Source: Xanthobacteraceae bacterium
Lineage (GTDB): Bacteria; Pseudomonadota; Alphaproteobacteria; Rhizobiales; Xanthobacteraceae
NCBI GenBank assembly: GCA_035503415.1
Contig: DATJTL010000270.1
Span: 1-45,324 of the forward strand
Direction of reading: 5' to 3'
Length of the DNA: 45,324 nucleotides
Shown: one piece after another, positions 43,973 through 45,324 of the stretch
Layout of the letters: every line of letters starts with the position of its first letter
Numbering within the stretch: position 1 is the first letter of the stretch
Translations under genes and position numbers: made by a program
The notes under the pieces: model-generated
Told to the model about the DNA's origin: nothing
Databases searched by the model: none
Seen by the model: only the letters and a program-made list of their open reading frames with translations

Positions 43973-44524
43973 TCACCCCATCGGCGCAAGCGTCGCGCCG
44001 CAAGCCTTGGGATAGGCGGCCCGACACGCGTGGTAAAGCGCCGGGCAAGCCTTCGCCGCGGCGAGGGCAGCGTCGATCGTCTTTTCCCGATCTCCCGCCG
44101 CGCGTGACTGCGGATCGTAGGTCAGGATCGCGTCATCGCGGCCAAGCCCGCGATCAGTGCGCAGAAAAGTCTCGGCGGCGGAAAAATACGCGGTCGCTAT
44201 GCTGATCGCCTCGTTGAGCTTCTTGGTATACTCGGCATTGGCGTGCGGATCGGGCTTGACCACGCGGGCGCGCACCGCGGCGTCGGTATAGAGCACGTTG
44301 AGCTTGAAATAGATGCCGCCGCATTCGGCAAGCGCCAGCCAGTAGGGCCGACCGCTGAAGGCGCCCGGGGCGGCGACGATGCTGTCGCGCTTGTCGACCG
44401 ATACCGGGGGAGTTGCCGGTTCGGCCGCGCGTGGCTCGCGCCGGCGATGGTGCTGCGCTTGCGCGCTTGTTGCGGCGAGGAGCACCAGAGCGACCAGCGC
44501 CCACTTTGCCAACGGTCCCGGCAT
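43973..44524 (-). CDS. Hypothetical exported protein
   Basis: The start at 44524 gives signal peptide MPGPLAKWALVALVLLAATSAQA. The mature part has 4 Cys (..LAECGG.., ..KACPALYHACRAAYPKACG..). No family recognised. Confidence 0.6.
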   Translation of the reverse strand: MPGPLAKWALVALVLLAATSAQAQHHRRREPRAAEPATPPVSVDKRDSIVAAPGAFSGRPYWLALAECGGIYFKLNVLYTDAAVRARVVKPDPHANAEYTKKLNEAISIATAYFSAAETFLRTDRGLGRDDAILTYDPQSRAAGDREKTIDAALAAAKACPALYHACRAAYPKACGATLAPMG

Positions 44525-44587
44525 GGCGCGATTATAAGCAGGCCAATGTGAACTCAAAGTGTCTGGACCATCAAAACGTCTCGACCC

Positions 44588-45289
44588 TCAAAACTTCTCC
44601 ACCCACGGCCGCAGCTCGATCTCCCAGGCCCAGGCGGAACGGTCCTGGCGAAGAAGGCCGAGATAGCTCTGGGCGATGGCGTCGGGATCGAGCGTGCTAT
44701 CGGGCCGCTCCGGCGGATCGGAGCGGCGAGCGCTGCGGATACCGCCGTCGATGACGATGTGGGCTACGTGGATTCCCTGCGGCGATAGTTCGCGCGCCAT
44801 GCTTTGCGCCAACCCGCGCAGCGCGAACTTGCCCATGGCAAAAGACGCTGATTGCGCATAGCCCTTGACGCTGGCAGATGCACCGGTGAACAGGATCGCG
44901 CCATGGCCGCGCGGCAGCATGCGCTTGACCGCCTCCTGCGCCACCAGAAAGCCGCCGAACGCGCTAACCATTATCGACTTGGCGACTTCGTCGGGATCGA
45001 GACCGACGAATGGCCCCCGCGTGCGATAACTCGCATTGTAAACGACTACGTCGGGGGCGGCGAGTTCGGTCTCGACATCGGCAAACAGCTTCTCGACCTC
45101 GGCGCGGTTTGTCGCGTCGCAGGCAAAGGCCTTGCCTCCGGTCTCTTTGGCGAGCGGCGCAAGCTCGACCGCCCGCCGCGCGGCAAGCGCGACTTTCATG
45201 CCCGCGTTGGCGAAGATCCGCGCCAGCGAAGCGGAGAGCCCCGCTCCCACTCCGACGATGAGCGCTGTGTGATAGACTGGGTCGTTCAT
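44588..45289 (-). CDS. Short-chain dehydrogenase/reductase (SDR) family oxidoreductase
   Basis: MNDPVYHTALIVGVGAGLSASLAR (Rossmann GxGxGxxxxxA), NASY.., and ..SASVKGYAQSASFAMGKFALRGL (YxxxK). Confidence 0.88.
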   Translation of the reverse strand: MNDPVYHTALIVGVGAGLSASLARIFANAGMKVALAARRAVELAPLAKETGGKAFACDATNRAEVEKLFADVETELAAPDVVVYNASYRTRGPFVGLDPDEVAKSIMVSAFGGFLVAQEAVKRMLPRGHGAILFTGASASVKGYAQSASFAMGKFALRGLAQSMARELSPQGIHVAHIVIDGGIRSARRSDPPERPDSTLDPDAIAQSYLGLLRQDRSAWAWEIELRPWVEKF

Positions 45290-45324
45290 GCGGTCCTCCG
45301 CTCGGCTTGCAAGCCTCAACGGCG

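Noticed and set aside
1-45324. Mobile elements, prophage, genomic island or defence system
   Set aside because: I found no transposase, integrase, recombinase, terminal inverted repeats, tRNA-flanked boundary, restriction-modification, toxin-antitoxin or phage-like genes. Outside short intergenic tracts the composition is uniform, and the gene content looks like conserved core chromosome.

Overview
This is a 45.3 kb high-GC (roughly mid-60s %) alphaproteobacterial chromosomal segment. Gene content and order resemble Bradyrhizobiaceae-type Hyphomicrobiales. I support about 47 protein genes.

Gene blocks:
- Bases 1-12.3 kb, minus strand: the rhizobial cycHJKL (ccmI-ccmE-ccmF-ccmH) cytochrome c maturation block, then degP, an OmpR-type response regulator, an acyl-CoA synthetase, a sensor kinase, and glnE. 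glnE is open-ended and therefore absent from the supplied ORF track.
- Two Bug/TctC solute-binding genes with a MetE-like gene.
- A PepSY-RR-HK module beside a secreted S1 protease and a secreted isochorismatase.
- Two tandem DHA2-type MFS transporters.
- ycgN, a PBP1A-family gene, and a DUF1214/DUF1254-like pair.
- A block of DUF2336, DUF1491, a PG-binding protein and a PAS histidine kinase.
- sufE, mucR, sodB, a GT39-like glycosyltransferase, a class IV aminotransferase, a haloacid dehalogenase, a twin-ABM protein, a class II cytochrome c candidate and an SDR.

I found no rRNA, tRNA, CRISPR array, transposase or integrase, and no recognisable defence or phage module. Most of the window looks like core genome.

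The region the gene models do not explain is 34.2-36.9 kb around mucR. It holds three unrelated tandem-repeat arrays:
- 4 units of 16 bp.
- 6 TTGGC-headed units at 13 bp spacing.
- 4 units of 18 nt, each beginning with a TGA that is in frame with the upstream ORF.

The same region also has AT-rich tracts, a strong hairpin, and a small secreted four-cysteine peptide gene. I could not run any database searches, so all family names come from motif recognition by eye.
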